Shown here: positions 26,660 to 38,582 of the stretch, piece by piece
How the letters are laid out: every line of letters begins with the position of its first letter
How positions within the stretch are numbered: the stretch's first letter is position 1
Assembly: GCA_030324005.1 (NCBI GenBank)
Contig: JARDVH010000154.1
Span: 15,056,255-15,119,998 of the forward strand
Direction: 5' to 3'
DNA: 63,744 bases
DNA from: Negaprion brevirostris
Taxonomy: Eukaryota
Notes under the pieces: generated by a model
Seen by the model: only the letters and a program-made list of their open reading frames with translations
The model's database searches: none
What the model was told of the DNA's origin: nothing
Position numbers and translations under genes: made by a program

Positions 26660-26905
26660 AAATTGAATATTACTGAAAAGAGACACATTGCTGAAAGTTT
26701 TCATTTTGCACTCATCAGAACAAATGCAAAAGTGCTGAAAATTCAGCAATCAATTTATACCACAGGAGAAAATGGTACTTTTTTTTTGACAGATCTTTTC
26801 TCTTGTAACAGACTGTTCTGATGGTTGGAAATCTGGCATTTGTCCTGATGAGTGCAAAGCAAAAAATTCATTGCCTTTTCTGTCTTTTCAGTCATGTTCA
26901 AGTTC
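26660..26905. mobile_element. inverted-repeat Penelope-like element remnant with hammerhead-ribozyme motifs
   Basis: arms ~26662-26772 and ~26795-26902 are reverse complements; each carries CTGATGAgtgcaaa. Confidence 0.7.
26683..26727 (-). ncRNA. minimal type I hammerhead ribozyme motif (putative)
   Basis: minus strand uuguu CUGAUGA gu gcaaa au GAAA acuu UC agcaa; all conserved core nucleotides present, stem I 5 bp. Confidence 0.55.
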
Positions 26906-27979
26906 TATTCTCCCAAGTGATTATTTGTATTTGGAGTTCTTGTGAACATTGTTAATGGGATGCTTATCCTATTGGGGCTGACCAATTAAATTTTTCATTT
27001 CATGTCCCCACCCACTAAGTTGTGGAGACATTGTGTTTTGTGAGAGAAGGATATGTAGAAATGGGACTCGCTTTAGAAAGCATTCATTAATTTCTTTTAG
27101 AATGGAATTTTAAAATTGCTATGGTGAACCATTTTGTGAACAAGCGTTAATTAAATTATTGTGACATCTTTATGTTTTCAAAAAAAAGATACAACCAATT
27201 GATTTAACAATACTAATTGACTAAGATCAAGTGTAGTGTTGGCGGTCCTGCACTTGATAGAAGTCAATGAGGTTACACTGAGGCTTCATTTGAAGCAATT
27301 TTTTAAAAATGGCATCTTTTGGCTAACATGCAAATCAAGAGATCAAGTACTGCAGGGGATGCAGTGCCTGTTTCTATCAGCATGGATGATTGTCTTGTCA
27401 GTTTGGATCTGTGATATCTCACTAGTTGAGACTCTGGATATAGCTTAAAAAAATTGAGGGTCAATGGAAATTGCTAGTGAAAGGTGTAATAAATATGTTC
27501 CCTCCTCACCTTCGTTTTCCATTAACAGACAACAGCTTTCTCTCCACAACCAATTTGCAGCCACAAGTATTAATATAACTTTAAAAAAGCAGCAAAATTG
27601 TCAAAATAAATTGGCTAAGTAATTGTTAACTAGGTGATACTATGTCAGTATCCTATTGATCTTTTTAAAAAAAAATTTCCACTTCTGTGACTGTCTATCA
27701 TTGGCCTGTGCATTTTTGTATCATATTAATTTGAGTCCTTCAGGAATACGTTATAACCTGCTTGAATGAAGCTGCTACTCATCTCTACTTTTTTGGTTTC
27801 CTGTGCATCTTTGCTTTCATCCCTGTATTCAGAGTCCATTGTTTTCACTGTTCAGTCTGTTTTTATTTTTTTTTCTTTTGGTGACTTTGTAATTTTTGTT
27901 TTTCCTTTTCTCCTGGTTCCTGGTTCCCCTGCATGCCGCTAACTGATTTCATAGTGTGTTAATTGATTTGTGAATTCAG

Positions 27980-28083
27980 GCTGAATTGCATCATCAGCAG
28001 ATGTCTGATCCAGACCTACTGGAGGAATCGTCTTCCCTGCTGGAGCCAAGCGAGCTGGGACGAGGTGCTCCTTTGAGACTTGG
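27980..28083 (+). CDS. ATP6V0A1: coding exon 5; long form from 27980 adds AELHHQQ, short form starts 28001 (MSDPDLLEESSSLLEPSELGRGAPLRLG)
   Basis: two in-frame acceptors 21 nt apart (ttcag|gct and cagcag|atg), donor GTAACT at 28084. Confidence 0.94.
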
Positions 28084-28528
28084 GTAACTTAATTTGTTAA
28101 TTAAATTTGTGTTCTGTAATTTTAACTGAGGCTTCATTCCTCTGAAAGCTGACACCCTATTCCTCTGCCAAAATTGCTCAAATTAAGATGAGCAAAGATG
28201 ATCAATTTATTGATGGATGGGTGCAGGCGGCTCTTCAGGCACTAAAGTTGAGGTTCAGATGATCTAGGAACTCACATTTGAGGTCCATTCAAACCTTTTT
28301 GTAGGATATGGTTGTTTTTTTCTCTTGTTTAAATCCGTTGCTTTGTATTTCAAGATTTTTTTTAAAGTGAATTTGCTACGTAACTTTTCTTAATAACCAG
28401 TTTGCTTTGTCTGATTGGAACTTGTTGCATAAATTAGGTTTAAAAATACATGGCAGCAACAGGCATTTGTAAAGTCTCTTAAATGTGTAATGATTCCCAA
28501 GCTGCTTATATCATTGAGAGAAAGTCAA

Positions 28529-28543
28529 GGGGGGGGGGGGGGG
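28529..28543 (+). repeat. G15 homopolymer
   Basis: read directly. Confidence 0.9.
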
Positions 28544-29699
28544 TGTGTCCCAACACTTAGCCAAAGGAATTGGTATTAGGGAGAATATTTAAAGGAGGTG
28601 GAAAGGCAAAAGTTAGGGGACATCCCCTGATGCCTTCGTGAAATGTTCATCCTCTGTTTCATGGACATGTCAGCTCATACCTCTAGCTTTCCCCTATCAT
28701 GTGACATTACATCTCTCTCCTATTTCCCCAGCATAGACAACTGTGGCTTCAGCCGTCATCCAACCCCTCAGCATTTGAAGTTACTCCTTTCTCAACCTTT
28801 AACACTATCTCTTAGATCAATCTTTTGGTTGCCTTTCTAATCTCTTGTATCTTGCTGTCTATTGTATCTTGCTAGTATATTGCTTGGACATGGCACATTT
28901 TTGAAAGTTCAGGGTGTTGTATAATTGCAAACTTTTGAGCAGGTCATTGGCAGTGAGTAAGAAACTGCAACTTTGCATTCCAGCATGATCCCAATGAAGT
29001 GAATAGTTTTGACAGAGGTGAATGACGCCCAAATGGAGCTTTTTGTAATTAGCCAAATTTTCAAATGGATAAATAAATGAGCAAAGTAAGCAAAGAGTAA
29101 ATGCCCATTGTTCTTGAGTGAAGGGGGCCAAGGAGGTTAATAGATCGAAGGCTTTGGGGACAAGGACATCAAATATAGAGGTGATGAAGTGGTTGACCCA
29201 ATTATCAACAGTACTGTAATGAATGAGGGTTAAAATATTTTTCAGTTGGGAGTTGACACTACAGTTGTAAGTAATTGAGTCGTTTTTCCAGTTAGATACA
29301 AAATGGAGTTTAAAGTGGGTATTGAATATAACAATGTGGTTCCAAGTTCTCCTGTCAGTATTGGGACCATTGGAGTGGCTAGGACAAGGGAGATGATGAA
29401 GAAAGTGGCTTGCACTACTACATTCAGCAGAGTTTTTAAATGTTGGACATATACAGACGAGAAATGAATTAAGAAAGTGAACACGGAGAGTTGAGCTGGA
29501 GATTGAAATCATCGTGCGCGTACTGGTGCCTTCAAGGAGAGGTGTGAGGTGGAGGCAATAAAGTTAGCCTGCAGATAGTTGACTTAAAAGTAGGCTCATT
29601 TCTCATCTTACGTCTCCACATTTCCTCAAGTTACCAATCTTTAGTTGTTCAGGAAACTTTGAATTGGGGAATTAACAGCTTTTCTAATGCTTAGTGTCG

Positions 29700-30020
29700 T
29701 AGAATGCCTACAGTGCTGATAGGGGCCATATGGCCCATCGATTCTGCACTGGCCACAGTCCCACCCAAGCCCTTTCCCTGAAACCCCACATATTTACCAT
29801 GCTAATCCTGTGATGTGAAAGGGCAATTTAGTATGGCCAATCAATCTAACCTATACAACTTTGGGCTGAGAGGAAACCAAAGCATTCGGTGGAAACCCAT
29901 GCCGATACGGGGAGAACATGCAAACTTGGCAGAGGCAGTTGCCCAAGACCAGAATCAAACCTGGGTCCCTGTTGCTGTGAAGCAGCAATGCTAACCGTTG
30001 TGCCATCATACTGTCCACCC
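29700..30020 (-). mobile_element. HE1-type V-SINE full length
   Basis: tail cctacagtgc..ggcccatcg through head gctaaccgttgtgcca. Confidence 0.9.
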
Positions 30021-30498
30021 TCAATCAACTGAGGCCTGAAATAGTTTATTTTATCTGATAAGTGTGGGTGAATTGACGGTGCATGTGTATTCTGGGTGTG
30101 TGTCACACGTTCTTTTGAGAATGGCTGTTCTTCAATATAATCAGTATTTTTTTAAAGGGCATATCTTTCCGGAAGGCATAAGTACAGCATGTTTAAAATT
30201 CACATCCTTGATTTCCTTATTTAAGTACTTATACAAAATTCTTAAAATCAGATTTGTTCAAAATACAAACCAAACAATGCTAATTTCATGAATTGGAAAA
30301 ATTGAAGTGTAATGTGATAGTTTCCCATCTGTTCTTTTCAAAAAAAACTTGATTTTTAAAAACAAAAATGTTTTGTAACATAATACAAAGCATTAGTTTG
30401 CTTGACCAATCTTGCAATTTTTGACAAGACAATCCTGGCCTGCATTTTCCTATGTGTACTTGCAGCTTTATAACAGTTCATGTACTTTTTACATACAG

Positions 30499-30625
30499 CT
30501 TTGTGGCTGGAGTGATAAATCGAGAGAGGATCCCAACCTTTGAGCGGATGTTGTGGCGAGTGTGCAGAGGGAACGTCTTTCTACGACAAGCTGAAATTGA
30601 AAATCCTCTAGAGGACCCTGTTGCT
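30499..30625 (+). CDS. ATP6V0A1: coding exon 6 ([42 protein letters not shown])
   Basis: 127 nt, acag/GTAAGT. Confidence 0.97.
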
Positions 30626-31832
30626 GTAAGTGCTCTTGATGAAATTTTAATAAGTTCCTAACTTAAGGTACAAAACATTCTGGGGATAAATGAGTAGCCT
30701 TGCTGTTCGTGACATTTAATTTTGTGGTAGTACTGTTATTGCATTAATTTGGAAATCAAGTCATTTGAGACTGTATATGAACCAGTGTAAAGCTATTGTA
30801 GGTACTTCCAGGGGTTGAAATCGTGGTGCTTGGTCTACAGAACGTTGGCAGCATCAGTTGCTCTGGCAATTGCTGGTTCCAGATAAGATTGGCACCTCTA
30901 GCCTGGGGATTGTAAATTACAATGCTATTGTCTGACTGCGAGAGCACACCAATCGCACTATTCATAGCCGGCAATATAGTTGTGATGGTAATAAAATGTG
31001 CCATTCTCTTAGGCACTACCCATGTCGTCTTGAGTTTAAGAGCAAAAAATGACATTTGTATGGACTGTCAAGATTGTGGAATCTCCAATCTATTAGACTC
31101 AAATGTTAGGTTGAATCAACTGATCCCATTTAATTCACGTCAGATTTGTGGTTGCTGACATCTAACAGCAACCTCGCATTAAAGGACACCATGCTCAAGC
31201 TCTTACCACAGGCTCGATGACAAGCATTCTCCTTGTTCGGGAGGACTGCTGGAGAGAAAACTGTTTGTAGGATATGACATTGACTCCCCCAAATCATGTG
31301 ACTATCTGGATTTACATTTGGATGTTTTTGTCTTTTAAGTAAGCAGTTGAATGCCAGCAGAAACATTTAAATCAAGATGGAACCAAGGAGACTGCAGCAA
31401 TGAATAAAGTTGTTGTTGGTTATAATATTTTTTATTGGATATTACAAACCATCAGGTTTTTGGCAGTGACTAAATGGTGCCACACATGCTAAGGAATGAA
31501 TGTAGCTTGCTGTAAATGATACAATCCCCTTGTATAAAATGAATTGACTTTGATATCCAGTATTTGTCTTGCTAATCATATTGTGATTTCTAGCAGTCCA
31601 GAATAGGTAAGAAACATGGCCATGACAACATTGCCCACATGTACAGGCTACTGATATAAGTAATGCCTTAAAGTCTGAAAGACCAGAACTAGCAACTTTT
31701 CTGTTCACCCCTTCACTCTGCCAGGGCTCAATAATTTTAATTGCTTGCACGTGGATCATGGCACAGTTTAAAAATTAAGTTTCTTTTGCATTCCTGGTAA
31801 AACAGATTCCACATTGTGTTCTCTTTTTTTAG

Positions 31833-31915
31833 GGGGGTCAGGTGGATAAGTCTGTCTTCATCATTTTCTTTCAAGGTGACCAGCTGAAAAACCGGGTGAA
31901 GAAAATTTGTGAAGG
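31833..31915 (+). CDS. ATP6V0A1: coding exon 7 (GGQVDKSVFIIFFQGDQLKNRVKKICEG)
   Basis: 83 nt, tttttag/GTAATG. Confidence 0.97.
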
Positions 31916-32304
31916 GTAATGACTTTTATTCAGTGTTTAGAATCCAGTTAGTTTCCATTGGCTGAACAGTAGACCCTTTATCCATCATAGTACACTGAAA
32001 TTCATGCCTGGAACTTGATGTTAAATCTGCTTTTTTCGGGTACTGGTCTGAAGTTGTCCAATTTGAGATTTAAATTCCTCTATAGCTTTATTTAATTGCT
32101 TTTGGATTTTGAGTAAGAATGTAGTTCCCAAATGGGTATTCTAGTTTAGAAATAAAAAGAAAAAATCAGCTGGAAATCAGATCAAACCATAATGATTCAG
32201 AATACCCATTAGCAAAATTGTTGTTTCCAGTACCTTGAATAATGCCAGGCGCTCAACTGGGTTGAATTCCTTTTTTGTTTGTTCTGAGCTGTTTGGCACA
32301 ACAG

Positions 32305-32540
32305 ATTGGCTTGCTAAGCCATTTCAGAAGCCAGTTGAAAATGAATCACATTTCACTATGTCTGGAGCCACATCAGGAAAGAGGGGCAGATTTCCTTCCT
32401 TTAAAAGGCAGTAATGAACCAGATGGGCTTTTAGGACAATCGTTGAGTTTTATGGTCACTATTATTGAGACTAACTTTGAACTATTTAATACATCTTAAA
32501 TTGAATGTAAATTCCATCAGCTGCTGTGGTGGGATTTGTT
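32305..32540 (-). mobile_element. tRNA-SINE family C fragment
   Basis: gcagatttccttcctttaaaagg..aatgaaccagatggg. Confidence 0.7.
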
Positions 32541-32544
32541 CATT

Positions 32545-32657
32545 TTAAAGTTTATTTATTAGTCACGAGTAAGGCTTACACAGAAAATTAAATTATTGTG
32601 GAATTCCCCTGGTTATGCCACACCGGCGCCTGTTAGGGTCAATGCACCTAACCAATA
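32545..32657 (-). mobile_element. V-SINE with Rex1-like tail (rest in gap)
   Basis: aagtttatttattagtcacgagtaaggcttaca..ggcgcctgtt..caatgcacctaacc. Confidence 0.8.
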
Positions 32658-33647
32658 NNNNNNNNNNNNNNNNNNNNNNNNNNNNNNNNNNNNNNNNNNN
32701 NNNNNNNNNNNNNNNNNNNNNNNNNNNNNNNNNNNNNNNNNNNNNNNNNNNNNNNNNNNNNNNNNNNNNNNNNNNNNNNNNNNNNNNNNNNNNNNNNNNN
32801 NNNNNNNNNNNNNNNNNNNNNNNNNNNNNNNNNNNNNNNNNNNNNNNNNNNNNNNNNNNNNNNNNNNNNNNNNNNNNNNNNNNNNNNNNNNNNNNTAGAT
32901 TTGATGGTTTATTTCTGAAAATGGCAGCATTTTAGCTTTTTTTGTTACTTTGGTTGACTTTACAAGTGTTTTTTTGTACTTGCAGTTTGTGGTGTGTAAA
33001 TGTTCCCTGATGTTAAACACTTTTGAGTTACCTCATTGAAAGTTTGGCACTAGAGTTAGTTACTCTCAGGTTTAGGATAAGCACTGGGAAAACATTGTAA
33101 ATAATTTTGCATTATTACAGTGGGATTTTAAACGTGTGATAATCTTGTGCAGGTCTACTGGGACAAAAATGTTTCTGATGTGATTTGCAGTTGTATACCT
33201 TATTTGCAATTTAATTAATAGCTTTGAACAAACTGCAAGGTAAATGTTTGGATTGTTTCTGTAGCTCAGCACTTCCAGAAATCTGTACAGTCACTGTCAA
33301 CTTGTTTTCAATGTGTGCCAAATTGTTTTACCTTGGTGGCAGATTACTAACCTTTTATATTGGAGCTGTTCTCGATTATAACACATACATGGTTTAGTAT
33401 TCAGTTTGCATGATGGAGTCCAAAGTGGCAGGGCATCTCCTTTTTAGCGTTAACCTGATCATCTGGAGCTGCGACTGATCTGCAGTCTTTGTTGTAGTTG
33501 CAATGATAGCACTAACTAGTGTCTCGGTTTTGTTTTAAATGGGATCATAAAACTGGATGTTTACATAATAGCAGGATCTAATTGAAATAAAATTGTTTAC
33601 TTCGATTGTTCCTGCCAGCACTCTTTAAGAGAACCTTGTTCTTGCAG

Positions 33648-33741
33648 GTTCCGAGCCTCCCTGTATCCCTGCCCAGAAACTCCGAATGAGAGGAAGGAAA
33701 TGTTGGCTGGTGTCAACACACGAATTGATGATCTTCAAATG
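33648..33741 (+). CDS. ATP6V0A1: coding exon 8 (FRASLYPCPETPNERKEMLAGVNTRIDDLQM)
   Basis: 94 nt, ttgcag/GTATGG. Confidence 0.97.
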
Positions 33742-33802
33742 GTATGGTGTTTGGCATGTCTTATTACTTTTTTTAATATAAGTTTGTTTATTTATTGGTG
33801 TC

Positions 33803-34275
33803 CAGTTGATTTCTGGGATGGCAGGTCTGTCATATAAGGAGAGACCAAGTTGGTTAGGATTATATTCATTGGAGTTCAGAAGAGTGAGAGGGGATCGCAT
33901 AGAGATGTAAACTTCACACGTGGTTAGACGGTAAATTCAGAAAGAATGTTCCCAGTGGTGGGGGAGTCCCAAACTAGGGGTCATAATTTGAGGATAAGAG
34001 GTCAACCTTTTAAAACTGAGGTGAGGAGAAATTTCTTCACCCAGAGGGTGATGAATGTGTGAAATTCACTACCACAGAATGTAATTGAAGCCAAAACATT
34101 GTATGATTTCAAAAATAAATTAGATATAGTCCTTGGGGCTAAAGGGATCAAGGGATATGGGAGGAAGGGGATCAGGATATTGAATTCAATGATCAGCTGT
34201 GATCAAAATGAATGGCGGAGCAGGCTCGAAGGGCCGAATGGCCTACTCCTGCTTCTGTTTTCTATGTTTCTATGT
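33803..34275 (+). mobile_element. CR1 LINE 3' end
   Basis: LGLYSLEFRRVRGD..RRNFFTQRV; tail gaagggccgaatggcctactcctgct..(tttctatg)n. Confidence 0.9.
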
Positions 34276-34276
34276 T

Positions 34277-34540
34277 ACAAGTTAGCTTACGTGAGCACTG
34301 CAATGAGGTTATTGTGAAAATCCTGTTAAAGTACACTGGGGTTGAAGTTAGCATGGCCGCTGTACCTAACCAGCATGTCTTTTGGACAGTGGAAGGAAAC
34401 AGGAGCATCTAGAGGAAACCCATGGAGACATGGGGAGAATGTGTAAACTCCACACCGACAGTCACCCAAGGCTGGAATCAAACCCAGGTCCCTGGTGCTG
34501 TGAGGCGGCAGTAATAACCACTGTGCCACCATGCCATGCA
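34277..34540 (-). mobile_element. V-SINE with Rex1-like tail
   Basis: cactgcaatgaggttattgtgaaa + V-core + head accactgtgccacc. Confidence 0.85.
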
Positions 34541-34819
34541 ATTTAAATAATGTGTTGATTTAAAATCCGAGCTTTCTGTTGGCCGTGCAGATGATGATTT
34601 TAGGGGGCTTCTGTCAACCAGTTAAAGTTTTTAACAGAACTGTGAGGAGAGCAAGAAAATTTCTGTCAAGTATGGGTCAATATTTGTGAATGAGTTATTT
34701 TACCTAGTCAGTAACACAGTAGTCTGTTTTCAAAAATCAACTTGGAATGGAGCATTCGGGATAATTGAGATGTAACTGCTGAGTTTTATTCCACTTTTCC
34801 TTCTCAGAGGCATCTGGTT

Positions 34820-35158
34820 TAAGAACATAGAAATTGGAAGCAGAAGTAGCGATTCATTTCTTTGAACCAGCTGTACCATTTAACATGATCATGGCTGATC
34901 TTATCCTGGTCTCAACTCCACATTCCTGCCTGCTTCCCATAACCCTTTATCTTGTTTTTCATCAGAAACATATTCATCGCTTTCCTGAATCTGTTGATTG
35001 TTCTGCCTCCACTGCACAGATTCACAATCCTCTAAGAGAAATCATTTCTCCTCATCTTGGTTTTGAACCTACCTCTTCTCACTGTATTTATGACCTCTTG
35101 TTCTAGCATGTCTCACAGGCAAACGTATGTTCAATGCCCACCTTATCGATCCCCTTTA
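34820..35158 (-). mobile_element. CR1 LINE 3' end
   Basis: aagaacatagaaattggaagcagaagtag..atgatcatggctgatc. Confidence 0.8.
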
Positions 35159-35233
35159 NNNNNNNNNNNNNNNNNNNNNNNNNNNNNNNNNNATGTAAAA
35201 CTGTTTCATAAGATTTTCTTTTCTCTCTCCCAG

Positions 35234-35446
35234 GTCTTAAATCAGACAGAGGATCATCGTCAGAGGGTTCTGCAGGCAGCTGCGAAGACTATTCGTGTAT
35301 GGTTTATTAAAGTACGGAAAATGAAGGCTATCTATCATACCCTTAATCTCTGTAACATAGACGTCACACAGAAGTGTTTAATTGCTGAAGTCTGGTGTCC
35401 AGTTACTGACTTGGATTCAATTCAGTTTGCCCTCCGCAGGGGTACG
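35234..35446 (+). CDS. ATP6V0A1: coding exon 9 ([38 protein letters not shown]...FALRRGT)
   Basis: 213 nt, cccag/GTAAGT. Confidence 0.97.
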
Positions 35447-35883
35447 GTAAGTCACCATAATACTAATTCAAGTGAGCTCCTAAATTTTTAAGTTATTTTA
35501 GATGAGGTGTCTATGACTTGTACCTAGGCAACACTTCTAGCATGTCACCAAATGACAAATTATTATAATTGTAAATTCCACAAGAAAATAGACTCTGGTT
35601 CTAAAAGAAGTGAAAAGATGAAGGAAGTTTTGAATTTTTTACCCTAATTATATTCTGAAGCTTGAACATATTCGGAGTTTCATTTTCAGTAATGGCCTTA
35701 ATGGACATGAAGTGACATTTTAGGCTTTCTGCAAATCTTTTATGTTCAAACTTTTACGGCTGAATGCTTATAGCAGCAATCCTGAAGGCAGTGAACCACA
35801 ATTCCCTGAGTAATTTAGTTTCACTTGTAAATGTATTTGGACAATTCCTTCAAAAGCCCATTACAAAATATTGTTTTGTGTAG

Positions 35884-36034
35884 GAACGCAGCGGATCCAC
35901 AGTCCCATCCATCTTGAACAGGATGCAAACCAACCAGACTCCTCCAACTTACAACAAGACCAACAAATTTACTTACGGCTTTCAAAACATTGTGGATGCA
36001 TATGGAATTGGCACCTACAGGGAGATCAATCCTG
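35884..36034 (+). CDS. ATP6V0A1: coding exon 10 ([50 protein letters not shown])
   Basis: 151 nt, tgtag/GTAAGT. Confidence 0.97.
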
Positions 36035-36099
36035 GTAAGTAACCACAAGTACAGACATGATGCAACAGGTGATCTAGTATGGAACATCATGTCTGAACT

Positions 36100-37727
36100 G
36101 AGCACACGCTTTGGTTCTGTCTTCATGAGAGCATGTACAAATAACCTCCCAGAAATATTCGTGAACCAAGGGTCTAGTGGGTGGGTGGAATTAATGGAAT
36201 CAGTATTAGTAAGGAAATGTTGGGGGGAATTAATGGGGTTAAAAGCTGACAAATCACCAGGCTGATCTACATTCAAGAGTATTGAAGAAAATGGCCCTGA
36301 AAATGTTGGATGCATTGATAGTCATCTTCTAGAATGGTTCCTATAGTTTGGAAGGTGGCAAATGTAACCTCACTATTTAAAAAGGGAGAGAGAGAGATAA
36401 AAGGGAGACTTACAGACTAGTTAGCCTAACATCAGTTGTGGGAAGATGCTACAGTCTATTCTAAAAGATATAATAACAGAACAACTGGAAAACATTGGAC
36501 AAAGCTAGCATGGGTTTATGAAAGCAAATCATATTTAACAAATCTATAGGAGTTTTTTTTTTGAGCATATAATTAGTGACATAGATAAGGAAAAACTGGT
36601 GGATGGTGTTGTATTTGACTTTCAGAAGGTTTTTGAAGTACTTCATGAGAGGCATGTGGATAAAATTAAAGCACATGGAAAAGGGGGTAATGTATTGGCA
36701 CGGATCAAGAATTGGTTAACGGACAGGAAACAGAATGGGAATAAATGGATCCAAGTGGCAGGCAGTGGATAGTGGAGTTCCACAGGTATCAGTGCTTGGA
36801 CCCCAACTGTTAGGACATATAAGAACAAAAGAAATAGGAGCAGGAGTAGGCCATCTGGCCCCTCAAGCCTGCCCCGCCATTCAATAAGATCATGGCTGAT
36901 CTGTCNNNNNNAAATCACCAAGGCATCCACTATCACCTCCGCCATTTCTTTCAGAAAATATGGCAAGTGCAATACAAATATGAAATTATAGACTTTGGTG
37001 TGAAAAGCAGAGAGGAAGAGCATTATTTAACTGGTGGCAAGTGTGGATGTACAAGAAGGATCTGTGTGTCCTTGTACAGCAGCCAATGAAAATGGAGATG
37101 CAGGTGCAGCAAGCCATTAAGAAGGCAAATGGTGTATTGGCCTTCATTACAAGAGAGTTTGAGCTCAAGTAGGAATATCTTGAGTGAAACAGACCTTTGA
37201 GACCACACCTGGAGTGCAGTTTTGGTCTCCTAACCTAAGAAAGGATATATTTGCCGTAGAGGGAGTGCAGCGGAGGTTCCCTAGGCTGATACCAGGGCTG
37301 GTGGGACTGTCTTATGAGGAGAGATTCGTTTGACTGGCCCTGTATCCACTTGAATTTAGAAGGATGAGAGGAAATCTGATTAAAACATATAAAATTCAAA
37401 TGGGGCTGGACTGACTAGGTGCAGTGTGGATGTTCCCCCCGGTTGGGGAATCTAGAAGCAGGGCACAGTCTCAGGATATGGGGTAGACCATTTAGGACTG
37501 AGATGAGAAAAAAATTCTTCAATCCAAGGACAGTGGCCTTGTGGAATTCTCTACCACAGAAGGCTGTAGAGGCCAAGTCACTGAATGTACTCAAGAAAGG
37601 ATTTTTTTTAACATTTAATTGTGTCATGGTATATGGAAAGAAAGCAAGAATATGCCACTGAGCTGGAGGTCAGCCGTGATCACATTGAATGGTGAAGCAG
37701 GCTTGAAGGGCTGAATGGCCTACTGAG
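36100..37727 (+). mobile_element. long decayed CR1 ORF2 (RT) + 3' UTR filling most of the intron between coding exons 10 and 11
   Basis: KADKSPG..WKVANVTSLFKKG..YRLVSLTSVVG..DFQK..SGVPQVSVLGPQL..WNSLPQKAVEA. Confidence 0.9.
36812..36958 (-). mobile_element. younger CR1 nested in opposite orientation, collapsed around a 5-N gap
   Basis: 3' tail (ataggagcaggagtaggccat) left of gap; LKEMAEVIVDALVI right of gap. Confidence 0.8.
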
Positions 37728-37788
37728 TTTCCAGGTATGTCTTTCTGAAATTTTTAGCATTTTCTAAGGTGTTTTCTTTCTTCCGCAG

Positions 37789-37928
37789 CTCCGTATACAA
37801 TTATAACCTTCCCTTTCCTCTTCGCTGTTATGTTTGGGGATTTTGGTCATGGAGTCCTGATGACTGCATTTGCTGTGTGGATGGTATTGAGAGAGAGCCG
37901 CATATTGTCCCAGAAAAGTGAAAACGAG
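37789..37928 (+). CDS. ATP6V0A1: coding exon 11 ([47 protein letters not shown])
   Basis: 140 nt, ccgcag/GTGTGT; conserved MFGD.GHG motif. Confidence 0.97.
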
Positions 37929-38582
37929 GTGTGTTTTCTTTTATTAATGGGGAGCTAGTTCCAGATTTATAAATTTTTGAGAGAATTTTTGTGTGGATTT
38001 GAAAATAACATTTTTTCATGTTAAATATTGCTTGTGAGTACACTGAGCTATGTTTTTGTATATTAGTCGCAGCTGTAAGCAGATCTTTTAAGGATTCTTA
38101 TGTTAGTTCCTAACATTTTGTTCNNNNNNNNNNCAGCATCTTCCTTTGAGAAGGCATTGAGAAAAATCAGAACTGCTTAAAAATAAATAACTTTTAAAGC
38201 AGAATTTTAGTGAGGTTGCTGTAAACAACCATTTGTCCAGAAGCTGATTTATTGGAGTGGAACAAGTAACTCCAGATTAGTTGAATTCATGATTCATTGA
38301 GTTCATAATTCATCCTGACTTCTGGACTTCTCCATAAACAATTCTGATTCTTTGTTTAATTATCCTTAAAATACACTTCTTTAGATTAAGTTTTGTCATC
38401 TGTTCTAATATCCCCTTGCATTGAATTTTTTGATACTAAGCTGCTTTGCAGAAGTGTTATGTCTTGTGTTAAAGGCACCATTAAAATTGAGATACTGTGC
38501 CTCCAGGTGTACTCTCTGGATTCTATGATATTTAAATTGTTGTTCTGTCTTTGTTGATTTGCATATCTCTTCCTAACTTATT

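Noticed and set aside
28859-29512. 217-aa minus-strand ORF, the longest in the track
   Set aside because: No recognisable domain or splice context; likely a chance ORF over decayed intronic sequence
35821-36315. 164-aa antisense ORF
   Set aside because: Shadow of coding exon 10 plus CR1 sequence
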